A stretch of DNA of 64,000 nucleotides from a virus (Duplodnaviria; Caudoviricetes), in IMG/VR virus record IMGVR_UViG_3300044716_000140, positions 1,338 through 65,337 of that record. One strand, 5' to 3'. Position numbers and translations under genes: made by a program. The notes beneath the pieces are model-generated. The model was not told where the DNA came from. It worked only from the letters and a program-made list of their open reading frames with translations, and did not search any database. Position 1 is the stretch's first letter, and every line of letters begins with the position of its first letter. This document shows positions 37,288 through 45,986 of the stretch, in pieces.

Positions 37288-38100
37288 ATGCAGTTTAAAA
37301 TAGAACAATACGAGAGATGCCAGACAATGGCAGAAGGATCAATCGAGGATCACTTGATTGGAATTACCAAACCGACAATTGATCGGTTATTGAAGATGGA
37401 CAATCCCGGCGATTGTATCGCGCTTTACACATTTTACGCCTACACTCGCAAGTGGCAGAAAAACACGGCAGTTCATGCAACATCAGATTATGCCATGACT
37501 GGTCTTCAGTGGGGTCGAGATAAGTTCACAAAAGCAAAAGCTCAACTCAAGGAAGCTGGATTCATTGAGGATGTCCAACGCAAGGATGCCAGCGGTAAAG
37601 TTATCGGTTGGTATGTCGGAGTTCGCTTTGCACAGAACGCAACTCTTGGCAATTTCCATGTTGCAGAGCTACCAGAAAACCACCCTACGGGTTTCCCACA
37701 GGGTGGTGAATCCACACTGTGGAAAAACCGCACCCAAATACCTATTACTAATAACAAAATACCTAATACTAATAATGAAATACCTAATAATATAGAAACA
37801 CAGCAGGATTTATTACCTTTACCAACTGGTAAAGGCAATAAACCCACCAAGGCAACACTTAAAAAACCAGAGTCAGTTTCTCAACAAGTTTGGAATGATT
37901 TCCTCACACTCCGCAAAGCTAAACGCGCACCACTTACAGAAACCGCATTGAACATGATTGAAAAAGAATCTGAAATTGCAGGCTTGACACTCAATGACGC
38001 TCTGACAGAATGCGTCACCCGTGGATGGCAATCATTCAAAGCTGACTGGGTAAAACCCAAGCAGCAACAGGTTGAGATGACATACTCGCGGGCTTGCTAA
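37288..38100 (+). CDS. replication initiator (lambda O-like architecture)
   Basis: N-terminal HTH-like region, central repeats, C-terminal VWNDFLTLRKAKRAPLT domain; directly upstream of DnaB. Confidence 0.75.
   Translation: MQFKIEQYERCQTMAEGSIEDHLIGITKPTIDRLLKMDNPGDCIALYTFYAYTRKWQKNTAVHATSDYAMTGLQWGRDKFTKAKAQLKEAGFIEDVQRKDASGKVIGWYVGVRFAQNATLGNFHVAELPENHPTGFPQGGESTLWKNRTQIPITNNKIPNTNNEIPNNIETQQDLLPLPTGKGNKPTKATLKKPESVSQQVWNDFLTLRKAKRAPLTETALNMIEKESEIAGLTLNDALTECVTRGWQSFKADWVKPKQQQVEMTYSRAC
37688..37792. repeat. putative replication origin: imperfect palindrome plus three 21-bp-period AT-rich repeats
   Basis: GGTTTCCCACAGGGTGG..CCACACTGTGGAAAAACC, then AAATACCTAWTA repeated at 37736, 37757 and 37778. 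Confidence 0.6.
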
Positions 38101-38107
38101 TACATAT

Positions 38108-39400
38108 ATGAAATCACTACCTATCGCCATCACCGCAGAGAAAGCTGCACTATCACTAATCGCAATCGATCCAGAGGTTCTACCGCACCTTGCATGGAAC
38201 GCTGATCTATTCGCTCTGGAGCAGCACAAGCTGATCTTCAAGGCACTGGAGAGGGTTTACCAGCGGACAGGCAGCACAAACGCACTGGGAGCAATCTCTG
38301 ACCTCGAAACCACTGGCAAGCTCAACTCCGCTGGAGGAAAGGAAGGAGTCATCGAAGTTCTCAAGACAATCCTGCTCGCGCCGGGAGCTATGTGCGTTGA
38401 GACAGCAGCGGATTACCGCTCGCAGTTGCTCAAAGCAAAAGGATACCGCGATGCTATCAAGACATGGGAAGAAGCGCATGACGATGTTTGCGCCATGCGA
38501 GCTGACCTTCCAGCAATCGCTGATGCACTGGCTAATGCAATCCAGCCAGAAACCAATTCAAAGAGCGTAAAGGAGCATTTAAGCGATTTCCTTGACGATT
38601 TAGAAAACAAGTCACCACTGGAAAACTTTGCCACTGGAATTCCAAAGGTTGACAAACTGCTCGGTGGTGGAATGCGTCGAGGTGAAATGCTCGTTGTCGG
38701 AGCGCAGACCAGCGGAGGTAAGTCAATCCTATTGTATCAGGCGGCACTCAACGCGCTACTGGAGGGAAAATCGGTAACGATATTCTCTCTCGAAATGCCA
38801 GCGAAATCTATCCTGCAACGAATGGCTTGCAATCTGATCGGAAAGACAATCGTTCCAATGCGTGAGATCAATGCAGTGTCAGACTGGAAGACAGTTGCCA
38901 GCGCGAAAGACATATCAAATGCAATTGAGCAATTGATGAAGATGAACCTCACGATTCGCGACGATATGTCCGAGGTTGGCGAGATCATCGCAGAGGCTCA
39001 ACGTCTCGCTTCACTTGGCAAGGCAGACGTAATTGTGGTCGATTACCTACAAATTGTAACGATGCCTAACGCCGACAATAGAGAGCAGGCAGTGAGTGAA
39101 CTATCACGTAGACTGAAGCTGACGGCACTCAAGGCAAACTCCGTGGTCTTGACGGCATCGCAACTCAACGACGATGGCGCAGTGCGTGAGTCACGCGCAA
39201 TCGGACACCACACAGATTTCCTGCTCATAATCTCGCATCCTGACGATAAAAAGAAAGAGCCTGCTGGCTACCGCAAAACAGCACAAGCGCAACCAACGTC
39301 ACGGATCAGGATAGACAAGAATCGCCGAGGACAACGAGACGTGTTCGTGCCAGTGAAAATGCGCGGAGAAATTTCACGCTTCGAGGAAATCCATGAATAA
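38108..39400 (+). CDS. dnaB: replicative DNA helicase, DnaB-like
   Basis: AEKAAL N-domain, Walker A GAQTSGGKS, FSLEM, VVDYLQ, ASQLN, KNRRG. Confidence 0.95.
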   Translation: MKSLPIAITAEKAALSLIAIDPEVLPHLAWNADLFALEQHKLIFKALERVYQRTGSTNALGAISDLETTGKLNSAGGKEGVIEVLKTILLAPGAMCVETAADYRSQLLKAKGYRDAIKTWEEAHDDVCAMRADLPAIADALANAIQPETNSKSVKEHLSDFLDDLENKSPLENFATGIPKVDKLLGGGMRRGEMLVVGAQTSGGKSILLYQAALNALLEGKSVTIFSLEMPAKSILQRMACNLIGKTIVPMREINAVSDWKTVASAKDISNAIEQLMKMNLTIRDDMSEVGEIIAEAQRLASLGKADVIVVDYLQIVTMPNADNREQAVSELSRRLKLTALKANSVVLTASQLNDDGAVRESRAIGHHTDFLLIISHPDDKKKEPAGYRKTAQAQPTSRIRIDKNRRGQRDVFVPVKMRGEISRFEEIHE

Positions 39401-39638
39401 AGATCACGCATACGAGCATTGTCTCATGCTCCTTGAAACGAGCATTGGAATCTGGGAGAACCGCATCCAGTCTCGATTTGCGCTTGCTGAGAAAAACTAC
39501 CAAGAGGCAAGAAAAATATATGAAAAAAATTTCAGCGAGTCTGCAAGCGGTTCAGCGGAAATCGAAGACCGCAAACCCAGTATTGATGCGGTTGCGGAGT
39601 GGGATGCTTTTTTTGAAAATAATGTTGACCCGTTTTAG
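39393..39638 (+). CDS. hypothetical protein
   Basis: Overlaps the dnaB stop. Confidence 0.55.
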   Translation: MNKDHAYEHCLMLLETSIGIWENRIQSRFALAEKNYQEARKIYEKNFSESASGSAEIEDRKPSIDAVAEWDAFFENNVDPF

Positions 39639-39652
39639 CAATGCTGTAGATT
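39625..39652 (+). promoter_or_regulatory. candidate promoter
   Basis: TTGACC-16 bp-TAGATT; shares TGCTGTAG with the 34177 promoter. Confidence 0.5.
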
Positions 39653-39697
39653 CATTCGTGTTCAATAAAAACATTCATTCACAATCAATAAATATAT

Positions 39698-39913
39698 ATG
39701 ACAATCACAATGACACCACTGGCTGAAAGACTGATGGAAGAATTCCCAGAAGACTTCCAAGAAGGCGCGGATGCTCAAGACAAGATCGAGCAAGGACTGG
39801 ATGGAGGAGAACGCGCCAAGGCAATTTGGGCAATCGTTGAAGAAAACACCGAAGACGCACTATCACCAAAAGACTTTGCGTTCTGGATCGGACAAGGCTA
39901 TGGAACAATCTAA
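39698..39913 (+). CDS. hypothetical protein
   Basis: Acidic ORF after the promoter. Confidence 0.6.
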   Translation: MTITMTPLAERLMEEFPEDFQEGADAQDKIEQGLDGGERAKAIWAIVEENTEDALSPKDFAFWIGQGYGTI

Positions 39914-40082
39914 ACCTAACCCCGGCAGCAAAGCAGCAATCGAGCAAGGTTGCACTTGTCCTGTCATGGATAACGAATATGGCGCAGGCTACATGGGGAT
40001 GGAGGGAGTATTCATTTACTCAGCAGGATGCAAGCTCCACAAGTCGGACAATAATTTAAACAAACAAGACAATGACAATTGA
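39900..40082 (+). CDS. small Cys-motif phage protein
   Basis: PNPGSKAAIEQGCTCPVMDN...GCKLH. Confidence 0.7.
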   Translation: MEQSKPNPGSKAAIEQGCTCPVMDNEYGAGYMGMEGVFIYSAGCKLHKSDNNLNKQDNDN

Positions 40083-40269
40083 ATGCGCACAAGAAAATGG
40101 TTTCGTGCCGCTAACTAATGGCTATAAACTTCCACGGGAGAAGTGGATGATGGATAATGCCATTAAGGACGCGCAACGAAATAACAAAGAAGTTTGCCTC
40201 ATCTCAACCAACGAAGGCGTTGAAATCTGGCAGAAACCAAAAAACAAACTAGCAACAGAACAAGAATAA
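40072..40269 (+). CDS. hypothetical protein
   Basis: ORF in a packed run. Confidence 0.55.
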   Translation: MTIECAQENGFVPLTNGYKLPREKWMMDNAIKDAQRNNKEVCLISTNEGVEIWQKPKNKLATEQE

Positions 40270-40271
40270 AT

Positions 40272-40547
40272 ATGGAATACGATAACACTAATCGCGGATC
40301 GCTCTTCAAAAACGACCGCAAGGAACAGGATAGTCACTCCGATTACAATGGCAGCATCAACATTGAAGGTGTAGAATACTACATCAACGCATGGATCAAG
40401 GAATCCAAGAAAGACGGCAAGAAGTTCTTCAGCCTATCAGTTAAGCCAAAAGCTAATCAAAACGCGCCACAGGCCAAATCTGCGCCAGCAAAGGCTAAAT
40501 ACGAAGGACGCAAGAAAGACGAAGAAGGCGACGATATTCCATTCTGA
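40272..40547 (+). CDS. small ssDNA-binding protein (DUF736-like) with SSB acidic tail
   Basis: GSLFKNDRKE...DYNGSINIEG...AWIK...FSLSV; ends DDIPF. Confidence 0.8.
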   Translation: MEYDNTNRGSLFKNDRKEQDSHSDYNGSINIEGVEYYINAWIKESKKDGKKFFSLSVKPKANQNAPQAKSAPAKAKYEGRKKDEEGDDIPF

Positions 40548-40720
40548 TTGGAAAATCGCGCACGGCAGATAATAATGGATGCAGTGTTCGCATTTGACTC
40601 CTTCGCGCTACATATTATCAATATATGTAGTGTAAAGACGACAACGATAAACAAATTCCATTCTGATCTACTGGTGTAAATACTGGGGGCTGCGCATCCA
40701 CTCAAACGCAGAACTTTTAA

Positions 40721-41197
40721 ATGATTAGCCTGCAAGAAACATTATTTGACCTGTCAGAGTATTCGCTGGAATGCGATGAAAAGAAAGGCAATGACAACGC
40801 AAAAACTGGAACATTGTCTGAAATCATGTTCGCTATTGAGGCAGCAAAAAATGGATTTGATGTTTTCATGCCAATCGGTCACGCTCAAAAAGCCGACTGC
40901 ATAATCTGGAAATCACCAGCAAAACCAATCAGCGTTCAAGTTAAAAGAGCAGGATCAAAATCAATAAATTCTTATCAAATATCAACGTCATCAAAAAAAC
41001 CATCTTGCGCTGCAAATCCAAATGACAGAGGCTCACTTTACACAAATTATCATGAAGGAGACTTTGACGTTCTTGCAGCACACATCGCACAACAAAACTG
41101 CTGGGCATTATACAGACTCAAAGACATATGTGGACAATCATCAATTCGATGGAATGGATCACCAAGGAATAACTTTGAACTGCTGAATCATATATGA
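40721..41197 (+). CDS. PD-(D/E)XK endonuclease, I-Ssp6803I/homing type
   Basis: GTLSE...GFDVFMP...ADCII...VQVK...Y...DFDVLA. Confidence 0.7.
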   Translation: MISLQETLFDLSEYSLECDEKKGNDNAKTGTLSEIMFAIEAAKNGFDVFMPIGHAQKADCIIWKSPAKPISVQVKRAGSKSINSYQISTSSKKPSCAANPNDRGSLYTNYHEGDFDVLAAHIAQQNCWALYRLKDICGQSSIRWNGSPRNNFELLNHI

Positions 41198-41562
41198 GCA
41201 TTAGTATTAATTTTTTAAAAAAACTTGGCTACACTGAACAACCAGATGGATCATATTCACCTAATCATAAAGGGATACTTAACACCCTCGCTAAACACGC
41301 TCCTAAACAAACACTGGACGCACTACGCAAGGGAGAAGAAACTCGCAGCAAACGCACTCACCTCCGCATTACAAGATATTCTTGCAGACCACTCGATTGC
41401 GACAACTACGCAGGAGGTTGTAAACCAATTATTGACCAACTACGTTACGCTAAACTCATCCGCGACGACTCGCCAGAAGACATCGAAGTTGACTTCCGCC
41501 AAGTCAAGGTCAAAACCAAAAAAGAAGAACGCACGGAAATCGAAATCAGCGAAACTCGATGA
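41194..41562 (+). CDS. RusA-like Holliday junction resolvase (catalytic half)
   Basis: RPLDCDNYAGGCKPIIDQL...IRDDS gives the RusA DxDN..K...D...DD pattern. Confidence 0.8.
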   Translation: MSISINFLKKLGYTEQPDGSYSPNHKGILNTLAKHAPKQTLDALRKGEETRSKRTHLRITRYSCRPLDCDNYAGGCKPIIDQLRYAKLIRDDSPEDIEVDFRQVKVKTKKEERTEIEISETR

Positions 41563-41566
41563 TTGA
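41246..41566 (+). CDS. overlapping alternative-frame ORF carrying the RusA N-terminal motif
   Basis: MDHIHLIIKGYLTPSLNTLLNKHWTHYAREKK; open for 106 codons inside the other gene. Confidence 0.5.
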   Translation: MDHIHLIIKGYLTPSLNTLLNKHWTHYAREKKLAANALTSALQDILADHSIATTTQEVVNQLLTNYVTLNSSATTRQKTSKLTSAKSRSKPKKKNARKSKSAKLDD

Positions 41567-41687
41567 AGATGATAGCAACAGAACTGTTACTTTCGAGGGA
41601 ACATCGCACAGCACTGCCTCGGTTCCCGAGATAATAACAACAACTCAAAACACGTCAAGACTTATTTTTACCCACTGCAAATAAATT

Positions 41688-42161
41688 ATGAGCGAAGAAG
41701 TTACAAAAGAGAAAAATAAAGGTGGAAGACCGACAATTTACACTCAGGCAATAGCTGATGAGATTTGCGAACGTCTCGCACATGGTGAAACACTGCGAAA
41801 AATGGTGCTGGATGATCATATGCCGCCAGCAGGAACGATCTACAGGTGGCTTGATAGCAACGAAAGCTTTCGTGATCAATACGCACAGGCGCGAGTTCGT
41901 CAGGCAGACTATTACGCAGAGATGATCATCGATGAATCCTTTGGCGCACATGACGCAAGCATTGGTCGTCTACGCATGGACGCTCTGAAGTGGGCATCCA
42001 GTAAGATCGCTCCCAAGAAGTATGGCGACAAGATCGAGCTTGAGTCCAATAACAACCAAAACTTGACGCTATCCTTCAACATTCCCAACCGAGGCAATGA
42101 GCGTGAAATCATCGAACTTGAAGATGCTCAACGCTTAACGCTGGAACAGGGCGAGAAGTAG
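41688..42161 (+). CDS. terS: terminase small subunit (Sf6/P22-like)
   Basis: GRPTIYTQAIADEICERLAHGETLR...FRDQYAQAR...KWASSKIAPKKYGDK. Confidence 0.9.
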   Translation: MSEEVTKEKNKGGRPTIYTQAIADEICERLAHGETLRKMVLDDHMPPAGTIYRWLDSNESFRDQYAQARVRQADYYAEMIIDESFGAHDASIGRLRMDALKWASSKIAPKKYGDKIELESNNNQNLTLSFNIPNRGNEREIIELEDAQRLTLEQGEK

Positions 42162-42185
42162 TCAATTATCTACTACACAGATTAT

Positions 42186-42431
42186 ATGAAGTTATCAACT
42201 GAAACCGCAGCGGAAACGCTTACTGACAAGCCATATACAATGGAAATTGAAGATGAAATTTATAGCCTCAAATCGACCATCAAGGCACTTCGTCGCAACA
42301 TTGTTGAGGATAATTGTTACATTGACGCACTGGAGGAGGCTATCAGCGATGCTAAACTCGCCTTCCATGCAGGCGCATCACCATCAGATATATATAACGC
42401 ACTGACTCGCACAGAGATCAAAACTAAATAG
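42186..42431 (+). CDS. coiled-coil hypothetical protein
   Basis: ORF in the operon. Confidence 0.55.
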   Translation: MKLSTETAAETLTDKPYTMEIEDEIYSLKSTIKALRRNIVEDNCYIDALEEAISDAKLAFHAGASPSDIYNALTRTEIKTK

Positions 42432-42432
42432 A

Positions 42433-43548
42433 ATGAGATTCCATATATTAGGACTACCGCACACTGTTACCAGCAAAGAGTTTAACGCCTGCGCTTACAC
42501 ACAGAAAGTAGTTAAGTTCGGGAAGATGATGACATCCCGTGGGCATGAAGTCATCCACTATGGGCATGAGGATAGCGTTCTGGATTGCACGGAACACGTT
42601 AGCGTATTGACCAACGATGACTTTGCCAAAAGCTATGGTTCACATGACTGGCGCAAGACGTTCTTCAAGTTTGATACCAGCGACCACGCCTACCAGACCT
42701 TCTTCACCAATGCCATCCGTGAAGTAGGCAAGCGCAAGCGCAAGCATGACTTCATTTTGCCATTCTGGGGTAGCGGTGTTCGTCCAGTCTGCGACGCGCA
42801 TCTAGACCTTATCTGCGTTGAACCCGGCATAGGCTACGCAGGAGGTCACTGGGCGCGTTGGAAGGTGTTTGAATCATATGCCATATACCATGCGTATTGT
42901 GGATTATCTGCCGTTGGTTCATGCAAGCAGGATTGGTATGATGTCGTCATCCCGAATTATTTTGATGTCGCAGATTTCGACTTCAATAGCGCGAAGGAAG
43001 ATTATTTCCTCTACCTTGGCAGGGTCTACAGCGGCAAAGGTGTTGATGTAGCTATACAGGCTACGGAACGAGCAGGAGTCAAGCTGGTCATCGCGGGACA
43101 GAAAGAGGAAGGATACAAGCTGCCTTCGCACGTCGAGTATGTAGGATACGCTGACGTTCCAACGCGCAAGAAGCTCATGGCAGGCGCAAGAGCATCGTTC
43201 CTACCATCGATGTATGTTGAGCCATTCGGAGGTGTCCAGATCGAGAACCTGCTATCAGGCACGCCTACCATCACCACTGATTGGGGTAGCTTCGCGGAAA
43301 ACAACCTGCATGGTATCACTGGCTATCGATGCCGCACTATGGGTGACTTTGTGGATGCTATCAAAAACATTGATTGCATCAACCCGTGGGACTGCAAGCG
43401 ATTCGGCAACAACTTCACGCTGGAGAAGGTTGCACCAATGTATGAGAAGTATTTCAGCGATGTCCTTGATGTCTACGAAGGCGCAGGATGGTATGCTGAT
43501 GGCAACGGAATTGATTCCATGACGAGGTTCTATCCAAGCATTATATGA
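42433..43548 (+). CDS. GT-B (GT4-like) glycosyltransferase
   Basis: FLYLGRVYSGKGVDVAI...LPSMYVEPFGGVQIE...GTPTITTDWG. Confidence 0.92.
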   Translation: MRFHILGLPHTVTSKEFNACAYTQKVVKFGKMMTSRGHEVIHYGHEDSVLDCTEHVSVLTNDDFAKSYGSHDWRKTFFKFDTSDHAYQTFFTNAIREVGKRKRKHDFILPFWGSGVRPVCDAHLDLICVEPGIGYAGGHWARWKVFESYAIYHAYCGLSAVGSCKQDWYDVVIPNYFDVADFDFNSAKEDYFLYLGRVYSGKGVDVAIQATERAGVKLVIAGQKEEGYKLPSHVEYVGYADVPTRKKLMAGARASFLPSMYVEPFGGVQIENLLSGTPTITTDWGSFAENNLHGITGYRCRTMGDFVDAIKNIDCINPWDCKRFGNNFTLEKVAPMYEKYFSDVLDVYEGAGWYADGNGIDSMTRFYPSII

Positions 43549-44102
43549 GCGACTACGCATTTGAATCGGCATACTGGGGAGATTGCTGCAATACATTTGA
43601 CGAGGATCAGAAGCACTATGTCTATGCTCGTTACATGGGCTTGAAGCACTATGTCTACTCGTTTGATGTAGCAGGCGCGAGGATCATTGACATTGGAGGC
43701 GGCCCAACATCAATGCTTCTCAAGACGATCAACCTTGCGCCTCGTTCGCTTGTAGTTGACCCGTTGCATTATCCAAATTGGACATATGACAGGTATTCCG
43801 CGAAAGGCATTGATTCGTTGGTTGTGCGTGGTGAAGACATCTACGAAGAAGGATACGATGAGTGCTGGATTTACAACTGTCTTCAGCACACAGATGACCC
43901 TGAGCGTATCATAGAAAACGCATTAAACGCAGCAAAGACAATACGATTGTTTGAGTGGATTGACATCCCGCCGCACGATGGTCATCCAATTGAGTTGACA
44001 AAGGAGAAGCTGGACGCATGGATTGGCAAGGAGGGCCAGACGATTCAGCTTGCGGAGTCAGGATGTTTTGGTAAAGCATATTTCAACACATACACAAAAT
44101 GA
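43545..44102 (+). CDS. class I SAM-dependent methyltransferase-like protein
   Basis: IIDIGGGP motif I, VVDP, YDECWIYNCLQHTDDP. Confidence 0.8.
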   Translation: MSDYAFESAYWGDCCNTFDEDQKHYVYARYMGLKHYVYSFDVAGARIIDIGGGPTSMLLKTINLAPRSLVVDPLHYPNWTYDRYSAKGIDSLVVRGEDIYEEGYDECWIYNCLQHTDDPERIIENALNAAKTIRLFEWIDIPPHDGHPIELTKEKLDAWIGKEGQTIQLAESGCFGKAYFNTYTK

Positions 44103-44566
44103 GTAATACAACACCATACCAGCAGTTCGTGAACGCAATCGTCAAGCCCGGAGCGGAAATCGTTCGGCAGTTGACACCACAGCAAGCGCATATGTTGCAC
44201 ATGGCGGTTGGAGTATCTGGCGAGGCAGGAGAGCTTCTTGATGCCGTCAAGAAGCATTGCGTCTACCAGAAGCAAATCGACATTCCGCACATTATCGAGG
44301 AGGCAGGAGACATCTTGTTTTATCTTACTGGACTTTTGAATGAGCTTGACTTGTCACTTGAAGATTGCATTAACGCGAACAAGGAGAAGTTAAGCAGACG
44401 CTATGCGAGCGGCAGCTACAGCAACGAGCAGGCTATTGCAAGGGCAGACAAGGTTGAGGAAGTCAAGCAAGAAAAAACTATTCCCGACATTGAGTCTGAC
44501 TTTGATGACGTGAAGATCGAGCGAGTCTGCAAACTTGATGATGAAGCCTGCGAGTCTTGCCAATGA
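44099..44566 (+). CDS. MazG-like NTP pyrophosphohydrolase
   Basis: GVSGEAGELLDAVKK...EEAGDILFY...NKEKLSRRY. Confidence 0.9.
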   Translation: MSNTTPYQQFVNAIVKPGAEIVRQLTPQQAHMLHMAVGVSGEAGELLDAVKKHCVYQKQIDIPHIIEEAGDILFYLTGLLNELDLSLEDCINANKEKLSRRYASGSYSNEQAIARADKVEEVKQEKTIPDIESDFDDVKIERVCKLDDEACESCQ

Positions 44567-44877
44567 AAAATATATTACTTGCATCTTGCTTGGCCTTGTG
44601 CGCGTGTGGAACGGCAAAGGAAACATACACGGAGAAAAGAACCTTGACATATCCGAAGGGCACTACGCCGAACTTGAAGGAAATGTATCTGCGTGAAGAC
44701 AAGACTCCAGATTCCGCTCCAGTGGTTGAGCAGAACACATACACTGGCGTTGCTATTCCAGAACCTGTCCCCCCTATTTACAGCGATTATGATTTGCTTC
44801 CGAGCAATTCATTGGAGGATGAAAACGAGCGGTTGCGTTTGCTTGCGATAAACAAAATCTTGAAAGGAATGCAATGA
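44563..44877 (+). CDS. putative lipoprotein
   Basis: MKNILLASCLALCAC lipobox. Confidence 0.6.
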   Translation: MKNILLASCLALCACGTAKETYTEKRTLTYPKGTTPNLKEMYLREDKTPDSAPVVEQNTYTGVAIPEPVPPIYSDYDLLPSNSLEDENERLRLLAINKILKGMQ

Positions 44878-45266
44878 GTGATTGGGATGAATACGCACTT
44901 GGAATTGCCGAGGTAGTTGCGAAGAAGAGTAAAGACCCGTGGAGGCAGGTTGGTGCTGTGCTGTTGCGGCATGACAACACGATTGCGGCTTGTGGCTACA
45001 ATGGATTTCCAGCGCATATGGTGGAAGACTGGTCTGATCGTGAGCGCAGGAGGAACTACGTTGTCCATGCGGAGCAGAACGCATTGCGCCATGTCAAGCC
45101 AAATGAGTGTCGCTTGATTGCGTCTACGACACTGCCATGCAATAATTGTTTAAAATCTCTTGCATCGTATGGAATCAGGCGTATTGTCTACCGCGAAACC
45201 TATCCAACGGATGAATCGACAATTCTTCTCGCGGCAGATTTCGGAATAGAATTAATAAATATATGA
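44874..45266 (+). CDS. dCMP deaminase
   Basis: SKDPWRQVGA, GYNG, HAEQNA, PCNNC. Confidence 0.92.
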   Translation: MSDWDEYALGIAEVVAKKSKDPWRQVGAVLLRHDNTIAACGYNGFPAHMVEDWSDRERRRNYVVHAEQNALRHVKPNECRLIASTTLPCNNCLKSLASYGIRRIVYRETYPTDESTILLAADFGIELINI

Positions 45267-45451
45267 ATACATACAAAATCACATATAGCTCGCCAAAGAA
45301 CATATTCAGCGGTGAGTTGTTCACCAAGGCGAAGTCAAGTCCAGATGCCATGTCAACATTTTTGGGATGGTTGCAAGAGCAATCTGTCTGGACGCATTTG
45401 TGGAGCATTCAAATCAACATCGAGCAAGTTGAGAATGGAGCATGGATATGA
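45263..45451 (+). CDS. hypothetical protein
   Basis: ATGA coupling. Confidence 0.55.
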   Translation: MNTYKITYSSPKNIFSGELFTKAKSSPDAMSTFLGWLQEQSVWTHLWSIQINIEQVENGAWI

Positions 45452-45501
45452 GTGAGACACCAGAGACGGATGCGGCTTACGGGAGGGAGGGCGCGAAATG
45501 A
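45448..45501 (+). pseudogene. 17-codon minigene or internally deleted member of the TPETD family
   Basis: MSETPETDAAYGREGAK retains only the family start and end; ATGA coupling at both ends. Confidence 0.55.
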
Positions 45502-45986
45502 AAATTGAAATAATCAAAGGCGATAACAATGCCGTAACAGATTTTTTCTCATCGCCATCAAACACACCAGAGACGGATGACCAGCCAATCATCTACGCCA
45601 TGAACGATAACGGATACCAAGTGCCGTGCGTTGATTTGGAGTTTGCTCGCAAACTTGAACGCGAGCGCGACGAGGCGATTTTTGATAAAAATACATCTGC
45701 CGCAGATTTTTTGAAACAGATACAACACATAACTCTGTGCAAGGATGTTGCGCGAGAAAAAATACTTATAGCTGAAAAGGAACGCGATGAAACGCGAAAG
45801 CAATTTGTTGATTTTCTTAACAAAACGGAAAACTATAAGCGTGAGCGAGATAAAGCGAGGGAGGTTGCTGACGGAGGTTTAATAGCTTTAGAGCGAGCTA
45901 TTAAATACATACCAGAGTCATCGCGTATAAGTTTTGAAGATGCGCTTTGGAGACTTCGTAAAAAACTTGAGGAGGAAAATAAATGA
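45498..45986 (+). CDS. TPETD/ERDEAR coiled-coil family protein
   Basis: TPETD...FARKLERERDEA with repeated ERD units. Confidence 0.7.
   Translation: MKIEIIKGDNNAVTDFFSSPSNTPETDDQPIIYAMNDNGYQVPCVDLEFARKLERERDEAIFDKNTSAADFLKQIQHITLCKDVAREKILIAEKERDETRKQFVDFLNKTENYKRERDKAREVADGGLIALERAIKYIPESSRISFEDALWRLRKKLEEENK

Noticed and set aside
40556-40700. Canonical tRNA or tmRNA gene
   Set aside because: Only about 5 bp of acceptor-like pairing, no TTCRA T-loop, and no proper anticodon arm or resume context. Kept only as a speculative finding.
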